DNA from: Malacoraja senta
Lineage: Eukaryota
Assembly: GCA_038087875.1 (NCBI GenBank)
Contig: JAXLNO010002534.1
Location: 1 to 64,000, forward strand
Length of the DNA: 64,000 nucleotides
Reading direction: 5' to 3'
In this document: one piece after another, positions 60,240-64,000 of the stretch
Layout: each line of letters opens with the position of its first letter
Numbering within the stretch: the first letter of the stretch is position 1
Program-made: the position numbers and the translations under genes
The notes under the pieces: generated by a model
Database searches by the model: none
Told to the model about the DNA's origin: nothing
The model's input: the letters and a program-made list of their open reading frames with translations, nothing else

Positions 60240-61625
60240 TCCAACACACTGAACACAATGGAAATTAGCTGACTGACCGGAGATGTGTTCTCCATGACTT
60301 TGCACAACTGGAGCTGTGGAAGCTTTACAGAGCTGTAGATGTTGTGTACATGGATTTCAGAAAGGTATTTGAAAAGGTAGCATGGTAGGCTGCTCTGGAA
60401 GATTTGATCACATGAGATCCAAGGAGAGATAGCTGAATGGATAGCAAATGGCTCCATGGAAGGAAGCAGAGGATGATGGTGGAAGGTTGCTTCACTGATT
60501 GGAGGCATGTGACTAGTGGTGTGACTCAGGGTTCGGTGCTGGGCCCGTTACTGTTTGTCATCTACATAATTGATTTGGATGATATAATTATCCAAGATTA
60601 GCGAGTTTGCTGATGATACACAAGTGAGTGGTTTTGCAGATAGTGAAGATGGTTGTGAACAATTGCAGGTAGACGATGGTTGTGAACGATTGCAGCAGGA
60701 TCTGGATCGATTGGCCAGTGGGCCGAGGAATGGTTGATGGAATTTAATACAGAGAAGTGTGAGGTGTTGCTCTTTGTCTAACACAGTAAATGGTCTGTCT
60801 CTGGGGAGTGTTGAGAGGAGAGGGATCTAGGAGTACAAGTGCAAGGTTGTACTTAAATATAAATAAATAAAAATTTAAAAAAAAAATAAAAAAAATTTAA
60901 TGTTCGGCACGGACTTGAAGGGCCGAGATGGCCTGTTTCCGTGCTGTTATGGTTATATGGTTATATGGTTCCTTAAATGTCGAGTCACAGGTAGATAAGG
61001 TGGTCAAAAAGGCTTTTGGCACATTGTCCTTCATCAGTCAGAATAATGAGTACAGAGGTTGGGAGGTCATGTTGCAGTCGTATAAGACATTGGTGAGACC
61101 GCATTTAGAATATTGTGTTCAGTTCTGGGCACCATGTTATAGGAAATATGTTGTCAAGCTTGAAACTGGTCAGAAAATATTTACAAGGATGTTGCCAGGA
61201 CTAGAGGGTGTGAGTTATAGGGAGAGGTTGAGTAGGCTGGGTCTCTATTCCTTGGAGTGCAGGAGGATGAGGGGTGATCTTGTAAGAGGTATACAAAACC
61301 ATGAGAGGAATAGTTCGGGTAGATGCACAGTCTTTTGCCCAGAGTAGGGGAATCGAGGACCAGATGACATAGTTTCAAGGTCAATGGGAAAAGATTTAAT
61401 AGGAATCCGAAGGGTAACTTTTTCACACAAAGTGTGGTGGGTGTATGGAACAAGCTCCCAGAGGAGGTAATTGAGGCTGGGACTATCCCCTCGTTTAAGA
61501 AACAGTTAGACATGTACATTAATATGACAGGTTTGGAGGGATATGGACCAAAGGCAGGCAGGTGGGACTAGTGTAGCTGGGACATGTTGGCCGGTGTGGA
61601 CAAGTTGGGCCGAAGGGTCTGTTCC
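60240..61625 (+). mobile_element. CR1/HER1-like LINE fragment (different subfamily, interrupted)
   Basis: YMDF.K.F.KV, QGSVLGP and RPHLEYCVQFWAP. The 3' tail GGGCCGAAGGGTCTGTT..CTGTAT is shared with the HE1-like SINE tails. Confidence 0.85.
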
Positions 61626-62516
61626 CAAACTGTATCACTCTATGACTCCATAACTAAACCAGGGGCCACAGTCTTAGAATAAAGGGGAGGTCATTTAAGA
61701 CTCGGGTGAGAAAAATCTTTTTCACCCAGAGAGTTGTGAATTTATGGAATTCCCTGCCACAGAGGGCAGTGGAGGCCAAATCGCTGGATGGATTTAACAG
61801 AGAGTTAGATAGAGCTCTAGGGGCTAGTGGAGTCAAGGGATATGGGGAGAAGGCAGGCATGGGTTATTGATAGGGGACGATCAGCCATGATCATAATGAA
61901 TGGCGGTGCTGGCTCAAAGGGCCGAATGGCCTCCTCCTGCACCTATTTTCTTTGTTTCTATGTTTAAAAGTCATGGAAGGAAGGAGATAATTTTCATTGG
62001 AGATGGGTTGTATGATGTGAAAGTGTTCATCGAATGTAAAATTTCTGTTTGCATTCGACTAGGTCAGTTTATCTTGGCATTACATTTGGCATATACATTG
62101 TGGGCCAAAGGGTGAGTTCCTGACCTGTAATATTCTGTATCTGATAGTCTACAAAGCACACATTCACCCTGCCTCTGTTCCTGTACCTCTTCTGACTGAT
62201 CTGTTGGGCTGAGACTCCAGCCCCAACCTCTTACACAATGTGAGATTTGTGGAATGACAAATACATTTCCATCACTTAGTGACTGGAGCACCTCAGGCAC
62301 TGGGCCAAGTGTTTGCTGATAAACTGTCCACTATTGCCTGGGGTCTTGAGTGAACAAGGCACTCTTTCAATACCTTCTCAACTATCTAAAAGATCAAGTA
62401 ACAGGGTGGAACGTAATTAATTCAATTTGAAGTTCAAATTTATGTTATAAAATTAGATATGATAAATATAGATTAATTGCATAAATGTAGCTGTCATTGA
62501 TTAGCTTGATCTGTTC

Positions 62517-62670
62517 ACACCATTTTGAATCACATGCCACGTTCATAAATTCCTCCATTCACACCATTCTGAATCACATACCCCATTCAAAAATGTATCC
62601 ACCAGCACCATTTTGAAGAACATCCCCATTCAAAAAATTATCCATTCACACAATACTGATTCACATACCA
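62517..62670. repeat. ~43-bp minisatellite, about 3.5 diverged copies
   Basis: CACCATT.TGAA..ACAT.CC.C.TTCA.AAAT recurs. Confidence 0.65.
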
Positions 62671-64000
62671 AATGTGCAGGAAGGAACTGCAGATGCCAGT
62701 TTACACAGAAGACAGACACAAAATGCTGGAGTAACTCACAGGCAGCATCTCTAGAGAGAAGGAATGGGTGACATTGTGGGTCGAGACCCTACTTCAGACC
62801 AAGATGTGTTCAGATCCAATAGACTACTTTTAAATTTTATAATTTCACATTTCCATCCAAATCCCACTGACTCCCATTTCACAGTCAACATCTCCATTCT
62901 CATTGACATGCGATTTACACATAGGCCAGGAGGATTTACCCCCCAATGGATCTCAACCCAAAACATCACCCATTCCTTCAGGCTAGGCTGTGATGTCTCC
63001 CAGTAAATGGAAATAGCTCTCAAACATACCATGTGAGAACTGATCTTCAAAGTTCAGTCATGTGAGAAAGTTACTGTAGAGTGTGTCTACTTGCAGCTAA
63101 AGCAGAACAACAGGTCAGTGCACTTGTATCAGAGAAATTGATTAAAACATTTTTTTAATAACCTACGCCTTTCCAGAGACTGCCATCTTGTAACAAAAGG
63201 CCTGTTATCAATAGATTATGAGAGGTGGCTGTTGATTGAATTGAATTGAATACTTTATTGTCACATGTGACAAGTCTCAGTGACATTCTTTGCTTGCACA
63301 CACAAGGCATGGAAATAGTTGCCCATAAAGGGCGCTTACAAAGTTACAAATTTCCGTCCCCCCACGCCAGGTCCTCCTTTGTTCCTTCCCTCGGCAGCGG
63401 CGTCCTCAATTCTACGTCTCCATCCTCGTCCATCGGTAGGCGCCATCATCGACCGCCACACCGGCCTCTTCACTAACGCTGCCGGGTCCTCTCCGGACAC
63501 CTTCGTGGCACTGACCCAAGCCCCCGCTGCGGGCTCCATCCACCCAGGCAAGAAGTAACTGTGAGTTGTGTGCAAAACATTTTTTTCATTTAGTGTCAGC
63601 CACAGCATATCTCCATTCTCAGTCAGAGAGCCATGGGTCAATATCCCACCAAAGAAACATCAGTGGATTCTAGTGCTATACGGGATGTTCTGCAGAGATT
63701 GTTGCAATTTTATAACCACATGTTAAACCAAAATACTACCAGGCACAACTGCAGAGCTGCTCCCTCAGTGCTAGAGAATATTGTGAGCAATTTTGGGCAC
63801 TATATCTGAGAAAGGATGTGCTGGCTCTGGAGAGGGTCCAGAGGAGGTTTACAACAATGATCCTAGAAATTAGTAGGTTAACCTATCATGAACATTTGTT
63901 AGCACTGGGCCTGTACTCTCTGGAGTTTAGAAGAATATGGGGGGGGGGGGGGGGGGGGACTTCATTAAAACCTACAGAATAGTGAATGGTTTGGATAGAG

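Overview
Eukaryotic genomic DNA from a cartilaginous fish, probably a skate or ray, inferred from abundant HE1-like SINEs and HER1/CR1-like LINEs. The only host gene I can support is an MHC class I heavy-chain gene on the minus strand. Its leader exon is at 47445-47517, alpha1 at 18607-18867 and alpha2 at 2738-3013. Alpha3/TM exons are not visible and presumably lie left of base 1. The protein looks nonclassical, and the predicted alpha2 splice acceptor reads CAT instead of CAG. The two large introns (about 28.6 kb and 15.6 kb) are mostly transposon DNA: an intact full-length L1 with a 1.2-kb structured inter-ORF spacer, several Penelope-like (RT + GIY-YIG) elements, many CR1, L2 and Rex1 fragments, a Buster-type hAT containing a nested Tip100-type hAT, three PIF/Harbinger-like MITEs and a DIRS recombinase remnant. 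The most striking non-coding signal is a family of about 25 short repeats, read by eye, carrying a minimal hammerhead-ribozyme motif (CTGAAGAAGGG-loop-CCCGAAACGTY). These occur at Penelope 3' ends, as solo copies, in tandem, and repeatedly as head-to-head fold-back pairs. TE boundaries are approximate unless TIRs or TSDs are cited.
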